NCBI GenBank assembly: GCA_963765765.1
Contig: CAVXYC010000027.1
Location: 32,001-96,000, forward strand
Origin: an uncultured Chloroflexia bacterium
GTDB taxonomy: Bacteria; Chloroflexota; UBA6077; JACCZL01
Reading direction: 5' to 3'
DNA length: 64,000 bases
Shown here: piece after piece, positions 1-10,420 of the stretch
How positions within the stretch are numbered: position 1 is the stretch's first letter
How the letters are laid out: every line of letters starts with the position of its first letter
Notes under the pieces: generated by a model
What the model saw: only the letters and a program-made list of their open reading frames with translations
Database searches by the model: none
What the model was told of the DNA's origin: nothing
Made by a program: the position numbers and the translations under genes

Positions 1-1
1 T

Positions 2-442
2 GACGATTGGAAGCACGTCGTTGATCTCAATCTGACCCATGCATACCTGGGAGCGCGGGCGTTCGGTCCTGGGCTTCTCAAGCGGCCGGGCAGCACCATG
101 ATTAATATCTCGTCCTACGTAAACTCACGTGGGCGACTGGCGAGCGCCGCGTACAACGCGGGCAAAGCTGCATTGAATCAGCTCACCCGAGACCTCGCCG
201 TGGAGTGGGCGCCATACCGCGTCCGCGTAAACGCCATTGGGCCGGGCGTGTTTCCCGATCCTGAGCAGCGCTCGCCGGAGCAGCTCAAGAAGGACATAGA
301 AGAGCTTAACGCACGAGTGCCGTTGGGACGAGAAGGGCGTCTGCGAGACGTAGGCCTCCTTGCTGTCTACCTGGCATCAGAAGCTTCCTCCTACGTGACC
401 GGACAGGTGTATGTGATTGATGGCGGCCTGGGACTGGTCTAG
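2..442 (+). CDS. SDR-family oxidoreductase, C-terminal part (5' end outside window)
   Basis: Open frame from base 2; NISS, YxxxK (YNAGK), RVNAIGPG and VTGQVYVIDGG motifs. Confidence 0.9.
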   Translation, partial: DDWKHVVDLNLTHAYLGARAFGPGLLKRPGSTMINISSYVNSRGRLASAAYNAGKAALNQLTRDLAVEWAPYRVRVNAIGPGVFPDPEQRSPEQLKKDIEELNARVPLGREGRLRDVGLLAVYLASEASSYVTGQVYVIDGGLGLV

Positions 443-734
443 TCTTCACCCCGTAGTTTTGAGCATCGGAAATGCTGGTAGTGAGCGCTTCAGCGCTTTT
501 TCGGCGAGATCGAGCGGAGCGATGTGGACTTGAGTTCGAGTGTTGGGCAAATAGCACCTTGCCACGACAATTCCAGTCGCCATAGATACGTCGTCCGTAG
601 GCCGCCTCGCTTCGCTCGCTAGTGGACAACGTGAAAAGCACTGAACTGCTCTCACGTAAATAGCCGTGCGCGGCGACCATTTCCAAGCTCAGTGAGTGGG
701 CCAAGAGGTCCATCTTTTGTCTCACTACAAGCAT

Positions 735-785
735 CACGACGCAAAAGAGCCGCGTCCCGCGGGACGCGGCTCTTTTTGCGTCGTG
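735..785. terminator. Intrinsic terminator, probably bidirectional
   Basis: cacgacgcaaaagagccgcgtccc-gc-gggacgcggctctttttgcgtcgtg hairpin with A and T tracts, right after the stop of the minus-strand permease. Confidence 0.8.
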
Positions 786-797
786 GCTGGGGAAAAG

Positions 798-2525
798 CTA
801 GCTTCCGCCAGCGCCCGCTCGGTATCCGAACGCTCGCGCAACGAGCGCCAGGCCCACGGTGAGGAAAAGGATGCAGCACGCCACCACCGCGGCGACCTCA
901 AATTTTCCCTCCGCCATGTAGTCGAGCTGAAGCATGGAGAGTGGCCGGTTTTGCGCATTGGAGAGGAGCGCTACCTGCGCCACATTTCGGGCCGAGCCGA
1001 TGAACGCGATGAGAGCCACGACGACGAGCGTCGGCCGCAGGAGAGGCAGGACAACGTGCCGGTAGGTGTGCCACCAGCTTCCGCCCGTGAGCCAGGATGC
1101 TTCCTCCAGCTCACCGCCAAGCTGCAGGAGATTACTCTTCGTGATCTGTACCGCGAGTGGCATGCCCGAGACAACGCCCGCGATGACCAGAACTAACAAG
1201 CTGCCATACATAGGCCTGAAAGCCGGGGTGAGGAACATCGCCAGGAGACCAAGGCTGAGCAGAATTCCGGGGACCGTGAACGGCAGCCAGGTGATGAAGT
1301 CCAGCGTGTGTCGTCCAAAGAACCGAGTTCTGACCACGATGTAAGCAATAAGCGAGTTCAGAACGACGGATACCAGCGCCGTACTCGTTGCCAGAATCAA
1401 CGTGTTCTGAAGGGACCGAAGCAAGAGCGGCTCGCGGAAGGCCGTCTGCCAATGCTGTAAGGTCCACGGATCGTTCGTGAAGTATCCAAACAGCTTCATG
1501 AACGTACCCATAGTTGCGAACACAAATGGTACGCCCATGATCAGGAACATCACGAAGCCCATGAAGATGAGGGCAGGCACGCGCGCTGCGCCGAGACGGA
1601 AAAGCTGGCTTTGGAACTGGCCGGTCACCGTGGTGTATTGCCGCTTCCCGATAAACTGCTGCTGAATGACCACCAATAGCAGCATCGAAAGCACCAGCAG
1701 CACGGCTAGCGCCGAGGCCGCATCGAAGCGCGGCGTCTGCTGATAAAACGTGCTGTAGATCCACGTCGCCATCACCTGGTAGCTAATGGGCGGACCGAGA
1801 ATCTGCTCGACTTCGAACGACTCCAGAGAGCGCATCAGGACGATGAGCTCCACCGCCAGGATGGCCGGCATCATAACCGGCACGAAGATTCGCCAGATCG
1901 TACTGAGGGTACTGGCCCCAGCGACGCGTGATGCTTCCTCGAACGACGAATTCATATTTCTGAACGCAGGTGTCAGAAGCATCACCATGACGCTGATGTT
2001 GTGTGCCACCAGATGGGTCCAGACAATTCCCCAGAACGAGTAGATGTTGAAGTGGATCCCGAGCGGCTTGATGAGCTGATTGAAGAGACCGTAGTCAGGA
2101 TCGAGTACGAGGATCCAGCTCAACGTGACGGTCAGCGTCGGGAGGAAGAAGCTCAGCCAGAAGCCGAACTCGAACCACTTACTACCGGGTAGGTCAGTCC
2201 GAGCGATGAGCCATGCCATACCGATAGCGAAAGGTAGCGCGATGGCCTGGCGTGTGAGCGAGAGCATGAGCGTATTGTTGACCGCGGTTCGCAGACCACG
2301 CTCATTGAAAATGGCGATCCAGCCATCAAGGCCGTACCTCGTAGCCTCACCAGGCTTGGAAACGTCAAAGCTCTGATGAAGAATCAGCCAAAGCGGATAC
2401 AGTACCGCAAAGCCGACCACGATGAGGACAAGGATGCAGAGCGCTGTTCCGAGAGAGGGCCTGGGCAGGCGCCTCCCAACGGGGCGAACATCGATCCCGC
2501 CTACATCTGTGCTTACGCTGGCCAT
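798..2525 (-). CDS. ABC transporter permease, Fe3+/thiamine (FbpB-like) type, two fused BPD_transp_1 domains
   Basis: 575 aa, about 12 TM helices, two EAA loops (FEEASRVAGAS, LEEASWLTGGS). Confidence 0.92.
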   Translation of the reverse strand: MASVSTDVGGIDVRPVGRRLPRPSLGTALCILVLIVVGFAVLYPLWLILHQSFDVSKPGEATRYGLDGWIAIFNERGLRTAVNNTLMLSLTRQAIALPFAIGMAWLIARTDLPGSKWFEFGFWLSFFLPTLTVTLSWILVLDPDYGLFNQLIKPLGIHFNIYSFWGIVWTHLVAHNISVMVMLLTPAFRNMNSSFEEASRVAGASTLSTIWRIFVPVMMPAILAVELIVLMRSLESFEVEQILGPPISYQVMATWIYSTFYQQTPRFDAASALAVLLVLSMLLLVVIQQQFIGKRQYTTVTGQFQSQLFRLGAARVPALIFMGFVMFLIMGVPFVFATMGTFMKLFGYFTNDPWTLQHWQTAFREPLLLRSLQNTLILATSTALVSVVLNSLIAYIVVRTRFFGRHTLDFITWLPFTVPGILLSLGLLAMFLTPAFRPMYGSLLVLVIAGVVSGMPLAVQITKSNLLQLGGELEEASWLTGGSWWHTYRHVVLPLLRPTLVVVALIAFIGSARNVAQVALLSNAQNRPLSMLQLDYMAEGKFEVAAVVACCILFLTVGLALVARAFGYRAGAGGS

Positions 2526-3640
2526 ATATGCGTCCTATCTGGCGGGAACGTCAGGCGGACACTCTGTCCCTCTTCCCAGCCGACACTGCGTGGGAGGAAG
2601 AGTAGTAGCTCATCGCCGTAGGGCAGCGAAATCTGCGCCTGCCAGCGGTCACCAATAAATAGTAGCGTCTCGATCGTACCGATCAACGAGTTGTCCGGAT
2701 GGCTGGAGCTGCCATTGGCGCGTTCAACTTCGATGTCCTCGGGGCGGATTGAGATGTAGCCGGTTGAACCAGCCGACAGTCCATCAAGCGAGTGCTTCTT
2801 GCTGAAGAACTTCGCCGCATCCGGACCGTCGCCCACGGCGATTCCAATCTGACTATCTGTCGATTCCCCCACCAGCTCACCCTTGAGGCTTACCGTCTGC
2901 CCCAGAAAGTCTCGAACGAACGGGGATGCTGGCTCGTCATAGAGCGAGGCTGGGGGGCCAAGCTGCTCCGTCTTTCCGAGATTCATCACGGCGATGCGAT
3001 CTGACATCGTGAGCGCTTCTGTCTGATCGTGCGTCACAAAAAGGACGGCGATCTGGAGCTGCCGCTGGAGCAGCTTGACCTCGATGCGCATTTGTTCCCG
3101 AAGCTTGGCGTCCAGGTTACTAAATGGCTCGTCAAGCAGCAGGAGGTCGGGCTCGTACACCAGCGCGCGGCAGAGCGCCACGCGCTGCTGCTGGCCGCCA
3201 GAAAGAAGCGGAGCGGGACGTTCACCGAGGCCGCCCATGCCCACAAGCTCCAAGACCTTTTCCACTTTCTCCTTGACGACGTTTGACGACATCTTGCGGA
3301 GCCGCAGCGGGTACGCCACATTCTCGAACACCGTCATGTGCGGCCAGATGGCGTAGCTCTGGAAGACCATACCGACATTGCGCTTGTGCGGCGGGACAAA
3401 CAATCCGCGGGTTGGGTCCGCGATGGGCTGCCCACCGTAAGAGATCAATCCGCCATCGTTCCGCTCAAGGCCCGCCACCATCCGAAGCGTCGTTGTTTTG
3501 CCGCAGCCGCTAGGACCGAGCAGCGTAAAGAACTCGCCCCGCTGGATCTCAAAGCTCGAGCCATCGACGGCGCGCGTCTTACCAAACACCTTGACGACAT
3601 TCTCGAGTTTCAGAATTGTTTCGGCCACTGGCTCCTCCAC
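2513..3640 (-). CDS. ABC transporter ATP-binding protein (PotA/FbpC-like, C-terminal TOBE)
   Basis: Walker A GPSGCGKT, LSGGQQQR signature, LLLLDEP; overlaps the permease start. Confidence 0.95.
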   Translation of the reverse strand: MEEPVAETILKLENVVKVFGKTRAVDGSSFEIQRGEFFTLLGPSGCGKTTTLRMVAGLERNDGGLISYGGQPIADPTRGLFVPPHKRNVGMVFQSYAIWPHMTVFENVAYPLRLRKMSSNVVKEKVEKVLELVGMGGLGERPAPLLSGGQQQRVALCRALVYEPDLLLLDEPFSNLDAKLREQMRIEVKLLQRQLQIAVLFVTHDQTEALTMSDRIAVMNLGKTEQLGPPASLYDEPASPFVRDFLGQTVSLKGELVGESTDSQIGIAVGDGPDAAKFFSKKHSLDGLSAGSTGYISIRPEDIEVERANGSSSHPDNSLIGTIETLLFIGDRWQAQISLPYGDELLLFLPRSVGWEEGQSVRLTFPPDRTHIWPA

Positions 3641-4051
3641 TCAACATTGAGTCTGAGAACTAAGTCATGCGGGACGATCATCCGTCCCGTGACATGCGAT
3701 TGAATCGATCGATACGTTCTTGATGAGCTACTTGATCGTCTGGTTGCCTACGCCGTCGTCAACCGGTCTATCAGCCCCATGCGTGACACGAGCGTTAACT
3801 CCGGCTCCTTGAATCCTCCAAACGCATTCCATCAAGTCTCTGTGATGTCGACTCTTCAACCGATTCGCCTCGATTGGTACGGCTGATTCTCCAGCGTCCT
3901 TGCCAGTGGGATCACCGCGCCCCAGCCAACTTACGCACTTCTGCGCGCGATCTAGTATTGGGCTTTAGCGCTCACGACGGCCAGCATTTTAGCGTCTCAG
4001 GCTCGAGGGTTCAGTGGTTCGCCCGAACTGGCCCCATATGCACGCTGAGCG

Positions 4052-5155
4052 CTAGGCGACAGCGGCCACCGGCGCCAGGCGATAAAACCGCTCGGCATTC
4101 CCGCCCAGGATCTTCCCTTTCGCTTCCTCGCCCATCTCCTCGTTCTCCAGCAGCTCCTCGATCTCGTGCCGACACATCGCCGCCGTCACTTCGTGCGGGA
4201 AGTCCGTGCTGAACAGGAACGCGTCCGCTCCCACCACCCGACTCGCTTCCGCAATCGCCGGCTCTTCCCCTTCGCACCCCACGTACAGCCGCCCTTCGGC
4301 GATCTGCCGCTGCATGTACGCGCTCACTCGCTCGCCCTCGCGCAGCTGGAAGTGCTCGTTGCGCGGGTCGTGCGCCAGGTGCGTCTCCCAGCTCCGATCG
4401 AACCGCTCCAGGCATACCAGGAACCACGCGACGCCCCCTTCCAGGTACGCGTAGCGGGCATTCGGAAAGTGGTCGAAGATGCCGTTGAACAGCATCGCTC
4501 CCAGACCGACCATCTGGCCGAACGGATGCCCCAGCCCGTGGACCGGCCCGTACACGTTGAAGTGGTCCATCCCGAAGCCGCTATGCGCGCCACCGTGCAC
4601 CGCCAGCGCGCAGCCCAGTCGATCGGCCACCTCGTACACCGGCCAGTATTCTTTGGCCCCCAGGTGGTTGGGCAGCCCGGTGCTCGGTAACATGGCTCCC
4701 CGCATCCCCAGCTCGGTCACCGCCCGCTCCAGCTCCTCCGCCGCCGCGCGCGGCTCCTGCATCGGAATCAGCGCCATGCCATTGAAGCGCTTATCGGCTC
4801 CCACGTAGCCATCGTAGAGCCAGTTGTTGTAGGCCCTACATAGGGAAGCGGCCCAATCGTAGTCCACCATCTTGCCGTGTGCGAGAGCTAGTGTTGGATA
4901 TAGGACGGTACTCTCAATACCGACATCTTCAAGGAAGATTTGCCATTCGCGCGGGCCCACCGGCTTACCCGCGCCAAACGCCCCCGGCAGAAGCTCCACC
5001 TGCTGACTATGGAGATGATCGAGTGGCGGGAACATCCGTGACGCTGCGTCATTCCACCGCCAATTTGACTTGTACACATCCGGAATGTGTTTGGCGATAC
5101 CCGGCCCGTCTTCAAAGACGTGACCGTCTGCGTCGACGATGTGCGGGGAGCTCAT
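4052..5155 (-). CDS. Amidohydrolase_2 family protein (decarboxylase/hydratase-like), copy 1
   Basis: DADGH metal motif, YNNWL, AVHG, LEGG, FSTDFPH, GGNAERFY. Confidence 0.92.
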   Translation of the reverse strand: MSSPHIVDADGHVFEDGPGIAKHIPDVYKSNWRWNDAASRMFPPLDHLHSQQVELLPGAFGAGKPVGPREWQIFLEDVGIESTVLYPTLALAHGKMVDYDWAASLCRAYNNWLYDGYVGADKRFNGMALIPMQEPRAAAEELERAVTELGMRGAMLPSTGLPNHLGAKEYWPVYEVADRLGCALAVHGGAHSGFGMDHFNVYGPVHGLGHPFGQMVGLGAMLFNGIFDHFPNARYAYLEGGVAWFLVCLERFDRSWETHLAHDPRNEHFQLREGERVSAYMQRQIAEGRLYVGCEGEEPAIAEASRVVGADAFLFSTDFPHEVTAAMCRHEIEELLENEEMGEEAKGKILGGNAERFYRLAPVAAVA

Positions 5156-5211
5156 GGGGCGTCCTCTATTATTGATTGATGAACTTATAGATTTTAAGCA
5201 GTAATCGCACG

Positions 5212-5240
5212 ATTCTACGGAGCGACTGCCATACGGTCAA
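5212..5240 (-). promoter_or_regulatory. Sigma70-type promoter for amidohydrolase copy 1
   Basis: Minus strand TTGACC-17 bp-TAGAAT, about 55 bp upstream of the ATG. Confidence 0.6.
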
Positions 5241-5341
5241 GTCGTAGACAAGGAATGCTGTAGGTCGTCAGCGAACCAATTGCGCCTGGGCGGCTCCACG
5301 CTCAGCAAGTAAAGTTAACTGACGACCATTCAGGAGGAAGC

Positions 5342-6655
5342 GTGCTTAGCGAAAAGGAGAACCAAGCGCTCACGCAAGTGGGTCCCGGCACCCCAATGGG
5401 TGAGCTCATGCGACGCTACTGGCACCCCATAGGCGCCTCCAAGGAGCTTGAGGACAACCCTTTCCGCACTAAGGAAGTGCGCGTCCTCGGTGAAGACCTC
5501 GTGCTCTTTCGCGATCGGCAGGGCAAGTTGGGCTTGATCGACCGTTATTGCTCACACCGACGTGTGAATCTGGCCATCGGCGTCGTTGAAGAAGACGGCA
5601 TCCGTTGCCAATACCACGGTTGGAAATTCAACGCCGAGGGCCAGTGCATCGAGCAGCCGTTCGAAGACACGATGCATCCTGAAGCGGCGTTTCGAGGGAA
5701 GTGCGGCATCGCCGGATACCCCATCAAGGAGCTCGCCGGCCTGGTCTGGGCATATCTCGGTCCAACGCCCGTGCCTGAGCTACCGAGCTGGGAGCCGCTT
5801 ACCTGGGGAAATGCAGTGCGCGACATCGCAATCTCCGTCCTCCCTTGCAACTGGCTTCAGTGTCAAGAGAACTCGCTGGACCCCGTTCACACAGAATGGC
5901 TTCACGGATATTTTGGCAGTTACGTCAACTCGATTAAAGGCGACAGCGGAGGGCGTGTCGGCGGACGATTCGGAAAGCCGCACAAGCGCATCGCCTTCGA
6001 CACGTTCGACTACGGCATCATCAAGCGCCGTCTCGTTGAGGGCGGTTCTCTAGACGACGAGGACTGGACGATGGGTCACCCCATCATGTTCCCGCATATT
6101 CTGCTGACGGGAAATCAGTTCGTCTACACCATGCAGTGGCGCGTGCCCATGGATGACACGCACACTTATCACGTCTCCCAGTACATCTTCCCGATTGCGC
6201 CAGGACAAGAAGGACCAATGCAGGAGACTGTTCCATATCGTGAAGTGCCCCTGCGGGAAGAGAACGGCAACTGGGTCCTGGATCACCTGTTCAACCAGGA
6301 TTACATGGCCTGGTTCACACAGAAGCCGATCGCTGAACGTCATCGCGAAAAACTTGGCGAATCGGATCGAGGCATCATCCTGTTCCGACATCTCCTGCAG
6401 GAGCAGATGGAGCGCGTCCGTGAGGGTGAGGACCCCATGGGCGTCATTCGCGATGCAAACATAGCTCGATGCGTCAACGTGCCGCGTGAGCGCGTGAAGC
6501 ACGGCATCATGCACCGCCCCGTCTACCATCCGCTGGAGGCGGGCGTGAGCGAGCACGCTGACATCATCGAGCAGGCCCTGGCTACCTGGGATGCGATCCC
6601 GGAGCACAAGGGTGAGCTCGTTGGAGCCAGCGCAAGTGCCCTACTCGGAACTTAG
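5342..6655 (+). CDS. Rieske non-heme iron oxygenase alpha subunit (LigX/phthalate 4,5-dioxygenase-like)
   Basis: GPGTPMGELMRRYW N-terminus, Rieske CSH...CQYH, NWLQCQENSLDPVHTEWLH iron ligands; GGAGG RBS before GTG. Confidence 0.92.
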   Translation: MLSEKENQALTQVGPGTPMGELMRRYWHPIGASKELEDNPFRTKEVRVLGEDLVLFRDRQGKLGLIDRYCSHRRVNLAIGVVEEDGIRCQYHGWKFNAEGQCIEQPFEDTMHPEAAFRGKCGIAGYPIKELAGLVWAYLGPTPVPELPSWEPLTWGNAVRDIAISVLPCNWLQCQENSLDPVHTEWLHGYFGSYVNSIKGDSGGRVGGRFGKPHKRIAFDTFDYGIIKRRLVEGGSLDDEDWTMGHPIMFPHILLTGNQFVYTMQWRVPMDDTHTYHVSQYIFPIAPGQEGPMQETVPYREVPLREENGNWVLDHLFNQDYMAWFTQKPIAERHREKLGESDRGIILFRHLLQEQMERVREGEDPMGVIRDANIARCVNVPRERVKHGIMHRPVYHPLEAGVSEHADIIEQALATWDAIPEHKGELVGASASALLGT

Positions 6656-6673
6656 GCTAGTACGGCGTCGCTG

Positions 6674-6729
6674 ACTCAAATAAAGAGAGGTGGAGGGACG
6701 AGAGCCCTCCACCTCTCTTTATTTTGAGT
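6674..6729. terminator. Bidirectional intrinsic terminator
   Basis: actcaaataaagagaggtggaggg / ccctccacctctctttattttgagt inverted repeat between convergent genes. Confidence 0.85.
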
Positions 6730-6852
6730 GTCGCCACAACCATAGTCGCGGGTCGTTTCAAGGGGCGATCCGTAGAGCGGGACTCCGTGCCCGCGAGTCC
6801 ATCAAATGCTTTGCCCAGCATGCGTAAGCGGTATGTCCAGACACCGACCGCT

Positions 6853-8046
6853 TCAGACGCTCGTTGTAGCCTGAGCTAAACGACTCCCGACATCCCTCAA
6901 CCGCTCGGCAGCGGCGGCAAGTGTCTCTGGCCGCTTCGCGAAGCAGAAGCGCGCCAGCCGTGGCGCACGTGCCGAATCGAGGTAGAACGCCGATGGCGGC
7001 ACCGCCGCCACCCCAATCTCGCTAGTCAGCCATCGGCAAAATTCGACATCGGTACTGAAGCCAAGCGCGCTGAAATCAGCATTGATGAAGTACGAGCCCT
7101 GGACGGGCAACGGTGACAACCCGCAGTCCGCGAGGATCGCGGTGAGCTGATCTCGTCGCGCGGTGTAGTCGGCCTTCAGCGTCTCGTAGTAGCCATTCGT
7201 CCAAGCCAGCTCCAACGCCGCTGCGGCGGCATGCTGCATGGGAGTCGAGGTGGCAAACGTGACGAATTGGTGAACGGCGCGTACCGCCGACGATAGCTCC
7301 GTCGGTGCGATCAGGTAGCCGATCTTCCAACCCGTCATGCCGAAAGTCTTACCGGTTGAGTTTATTGTGATCGTCCGATCCCACATGCCTGGCACCTCGG
7401 CAAGCGGACGGTGCACCGTATCGTCGAAGGTGAGCCGGTCATAGACCTCGTCCGTGACGGCGACGACGTCCCAGTCCTGGCAGAGCTCCGCGATTTGAGC
7501 CAGCTCGTCTGCGCTGAAAACCTTGCCGGTGGGATTGTGCGGTGTATTCAACAGCAGGAGCTTGGTGCGCGGAGAGAAGGCCGACTTCAGCTCCTGCCCG
7601 TCAAATGACCAGTCCGGCGCATGCAGCGTCACAACCTTGATCTGCCCGCCAGATAGCAAAACACTGGGCACGTAGGAGTCGTAGAACGGCTCGAAGACGA
7701 TAACTTCGTCACCCGACTCAACGAAGGCGCGAACGACATCGAACAGCGCCTCGGTGGCACCACTGGTGACGCTCACCTCCGTGTCGGGGTCGATCGAGCG
7801 GCCGTACTGCCGCTCCCACGTCGTAGCGATTGCCTGGCGCAGTCGCGGCTCGCCGTGCGCTACCGCGTATTGGTTGAGACCACTCCGGATCGCCTCGACC
7901 GCTGCATCCTTAAAGAACTCGGGACCATCGAAATCCGGATAACCCTGCCCCAGGTTCACCGCCTTATGTAGATTCGCCAGGCGGCTCATCTCGGTGAAGA
8001 TCGATGTGCCAAAATGCCGCACCTGCGCCGCCGCTCGTGGGTCCAA
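6853..8046 (-). CDS. PLP-dependent class I/II aminotransferase (methionine/kynurenine aminotransferase YbdL-like)
   Basis: TSIFTEMS, NLGQGYPD, NTPHNPTG, DEVY, STGKTFGMTGWKIG, RFCFAK; probable TTG start at 8046 after a GAGGAG RBS. Confidence 0.9.
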   Translation of the reverse strand: MDPRAAAQVRHFGTSIFTEMSRLANLHKAVNLGQGYPDFDGPEFFKDAAVEAIRSGLNQYAVAHGEPRLRQAIATTWERQYGRSIDPDTEVSVTSGATEALFDVVRAFVESGDEVIVFEPFYDSYVPSVLLSGGQIKVVTLHAPDWSFDGQELKSAFSPRTKLLLLNTPHNPTGKVFSADELAQIAELCQDWDVVAVTDEVYDRLTFDDTVHRPLAEVPGMWDRTITINSTGKTFGMTGWKIGYLIAPTELSSAVRAVHQFVTFATSTPMQHAAAAALELAWTNGYYETLKADYTARRDQLTAILADCGLSPLPVQGSYFINADFSALGFSTDVEFCRWLTSEIGVAAVPPSAFYLDSARAPRLARFCFAKRPETLAAAAERLRDVGSRLAQATTSV

Positions 8047-8246
8047 TGCTCTTGCTCCTCGCCGGCGGCAATCGGAGTAGGGAGGCGCCGGCCATGACGG
8101 GTGACGCTCCCCGGCGTCACGCTTCCCTGCGGAGATGATGTTTAGCATACGCGGCGAGGTCGCGGTCGCACGAGAGGTTACTGCATAAGGAAGCGGCCAG
8201 TCCTACTAGAGTCCACGCCTTTGGCCATTGCTAACCAGCCGCGGAT

Positions 8247-8330
8247 TGTCATCCTGAGCGCAGCGAAGGGCTTACACCGACGGTTTCCCGGAATGCGTTG
8301 GGGAAGATCCTCGCTACGCTCAGGATGGCA
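8247..8330. repeat. REP/REPIN-like palindromic element (TGTCATCCTGA family)
   Basis: tgtcatcctgagcgcagcgaagg ... cctcgctacgctcaggatggca inverted arms; related to the element at 19924. Confidence 0.75.
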
Positions 8331-8584
8331 GGAACGGAGCAAGCATGGAGTAGCGGGCATGAGCGAGTCCGTTCAATCATCCCGACTACCCACACCATCG
8401 GGAGTGGCGCCCCTTACAGGCGCTACCTAGAGACCGCAATTGCGTTTGCCTGCAGTGAGTCTCAGGTGGCGCCCGTAAAGAGACGCCACGACGCGCGACC
8501 TCCAAGTCTAGTACGACAGCGCCAACACAAAGAGAGCCCGAATCGAGGTCATCGACTCGGGTTCTCGCGTAGACTCGGAGACAG

Positions 8585-9850
8585 CTAGTTGAGCAGCGCC
8601 TTCGCCAGCTCCTGAGTTTTGATTCCCGCGTCCAGAAGCGACTCGTCGTCGGAGCGGAGATACTTCACGCCCTTCTGGGGCCGCACACTCTCGTCGAATG
8701 CCGGTACGTCCAGGCGCCGGCTGTTGACGTTAGCGTTCTTGGAGTAGATCGTGCTGCCTTCCTTCGTCAGCAGCCAGTTCGCAAACACCTGAGCCGCCTT
8801 TGGATGCGGCGCCTTGGCCACAATCCAGATATTGTTACTGGCGGCGTTCGTGTATTCGATCTCAGGAACCGGGTTCACCTTGATATTGTTGCCAAGGCCT
8901 TGTGCCTGGAAATCAGCCAGAATCCGTTTGTCCACGGCACCAACGCCGATGGAGTAGCGACCGCGCACCATGAACTCGGTGAGCTGCCGTGCGTCATTGC
9001 TGACCACGATCTCCTGATCAACCCACAGCTTCTTCACGATATCGTCGCTACCCGTTACAACGCGCATCATGGTGGTTGGAGTGAAGCCTGAGCCCTTGGT
9101 ACGGGGATCGCCACCGACCATTTTCCCGCGCCATTTTGGATCCAGCAGGTGCTCCAGCTTGGTGATCTCGCCTTCTTTTACCTGATCGGTATTGATCCAG
9201 ACCTGGCTCTCGATATCGCGACCAACGGAGTATTGCCACTGCTTGCCGATGTCGTTGAAACCGCCTTCAAATCCGTCAACCCAGACGCTGTCGTCCAGAA
9301 CTTCAGGAAGCACAAGTAGTGGTCGAACTGGCACCGCGCCGCTCACCGGCACGGCTTGGCGAAGCATCTCCTGCGTGGTCATCATGGCCACGTCCCAGGT
9401 GTAGAGCCCCGCTTTGTGCTCCTGGAGCAGGCGCGGCAGATAGTCACGTGATGATGACTGGAACTGCGAGTGCTCCACCTTGATGCCAGGGAAAGCCTTT
9501 TCAAATTCATCGACGATCACACGGTAGCCCGTGCCCGCATATGTCGCTAATGTGAGCGCACCCTCAGCCTTTGCACCGGCCACGAGCGCATCCCAATCCG
9601 CCTTGCTTATACCCGCCGCTGATGCGACAGGTGAGGCGGCTGGACTTGCCGCGGGCGATGCCGCAGCAGCGGGAGAGCTAGCGGCGGCAGGTGAGGCAGC
9701 AGGCTTCGCGTCGGCTGGCTTTGCAGGCGCTGCCGTCGGTGAGGCGGGGGCCGGAGACGAACATGCCGCGGCGAGCGCCGCCGCGCTCCCGAGACCCAGT
9801 AGGCGCAGTACGCTGCGCCGATTCATTGTTCTCGCAACTTCAGTTGACAC
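8585..9850 (-). CDS. Extracellular solute-binding lipoprotein (Fe3+/thiamine cluster), Tat signal
   Basis: NRRSVL twin-arginine motif, LAAAC lipobox, PAASPA linker, LLDPKWRGK, APHPKAAQVFANWLL. Confidence 0.88.
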   Translation of the reverse strand: MSTEVARTMNRRSVLRLLGLGSAAALAAACSSPAPASPTAAPAKPADAKPAASPAAASSPAAAASPAASPAASPVASAAGISKADWDALVAGAKAEGALTLATYAGTGYRVIVDEFEKAFPGIKVEHSQFQSSSRDYLPRLLQEHKAGLYTWDVAMMTTQEMLRQAVPVSGAVPVRPLLVLPEVLDDSVWVDGFEGGFNDIGKQWQYSVGRDIESQVWINTDQVKEGEITKLEHLLDPKWRGKMVGGDPRTKGSGFTPTTMMRVVTGSDDIVKKLWVDQEIVVSNDARQLTEFMVRGRYSIGVGAVDKRILADFQAQGLGNNIKVNPVPEIEYTNAASNNIWIVAKAPHPKAAQVFANWLLTKEGSTIYSKNANVNSRRLDVPAFDESVRPQKGVKYLRSDDESLLDAGIKTQELAKALLN

Positions 9851-10171
9851 GCGTACACCAACCTCCCACGACACAAAAATGCCCCGGCTACAGCACGCTG
9901 GCCCGGGGGCATGACCAATCGACTTGAGACAATCTACTGTTAAATGGTCCTAAGTCGCAACGGCTAGTTCAATGTGGGCGTAACTGAAACTTGAGACCCT
10001 AATACCAGAACCGCTGATTCCTGTAAGGCCACTGCGGCACGCTCTGAGAATATTCTTTCACGGACGGTGCTGATTTAGCGGCCTGTCACTTTCAGGCTAA
10101 AACGCGGGGAATTTTCAGTGCTCGGCGGGGTTCGGGCCGCACCGACGGCAGGCTGCGACCGGATCGCGAGT

Positions 10172-10420
10172 CTAGTCGTCAACCAGGCGGTCCAGCAAGT
10201 CGGCTGCCAGACTGAGGAGCTGGCGCTCGGTCGGGGTGAGCGCTTGGGCCATCGCTTCGGCCAGCCATGTATCGCGGTGGCGCATGTCGTCGGAGAGTAC
10301 CCGACTCCGCTCACGCGTAATGGTGATGATGGCACGACGTCGATCGGCCGGATCCTGCGTGCGGTAGATCAACTCCTGCCCCTCGAGCTCAGCGAGCACG
10401 CGGGTCAATGTCTGCGGCTG
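10172..10420 (-). pseudogene. MarR-family regulator, 5'-truncated fragment
   Basis: TRVLAELEGQELIYRTQDPADRRRAIITIT winged-helix segment with no N-terminus. Confidence 0.7.

Noticed and set aside
9640-9740. Tandem DNA repeats in binding-protein genes
   Set aside because: They encode ordinary Pro/Ala-rich lipoprotein linkers (PAASPA).
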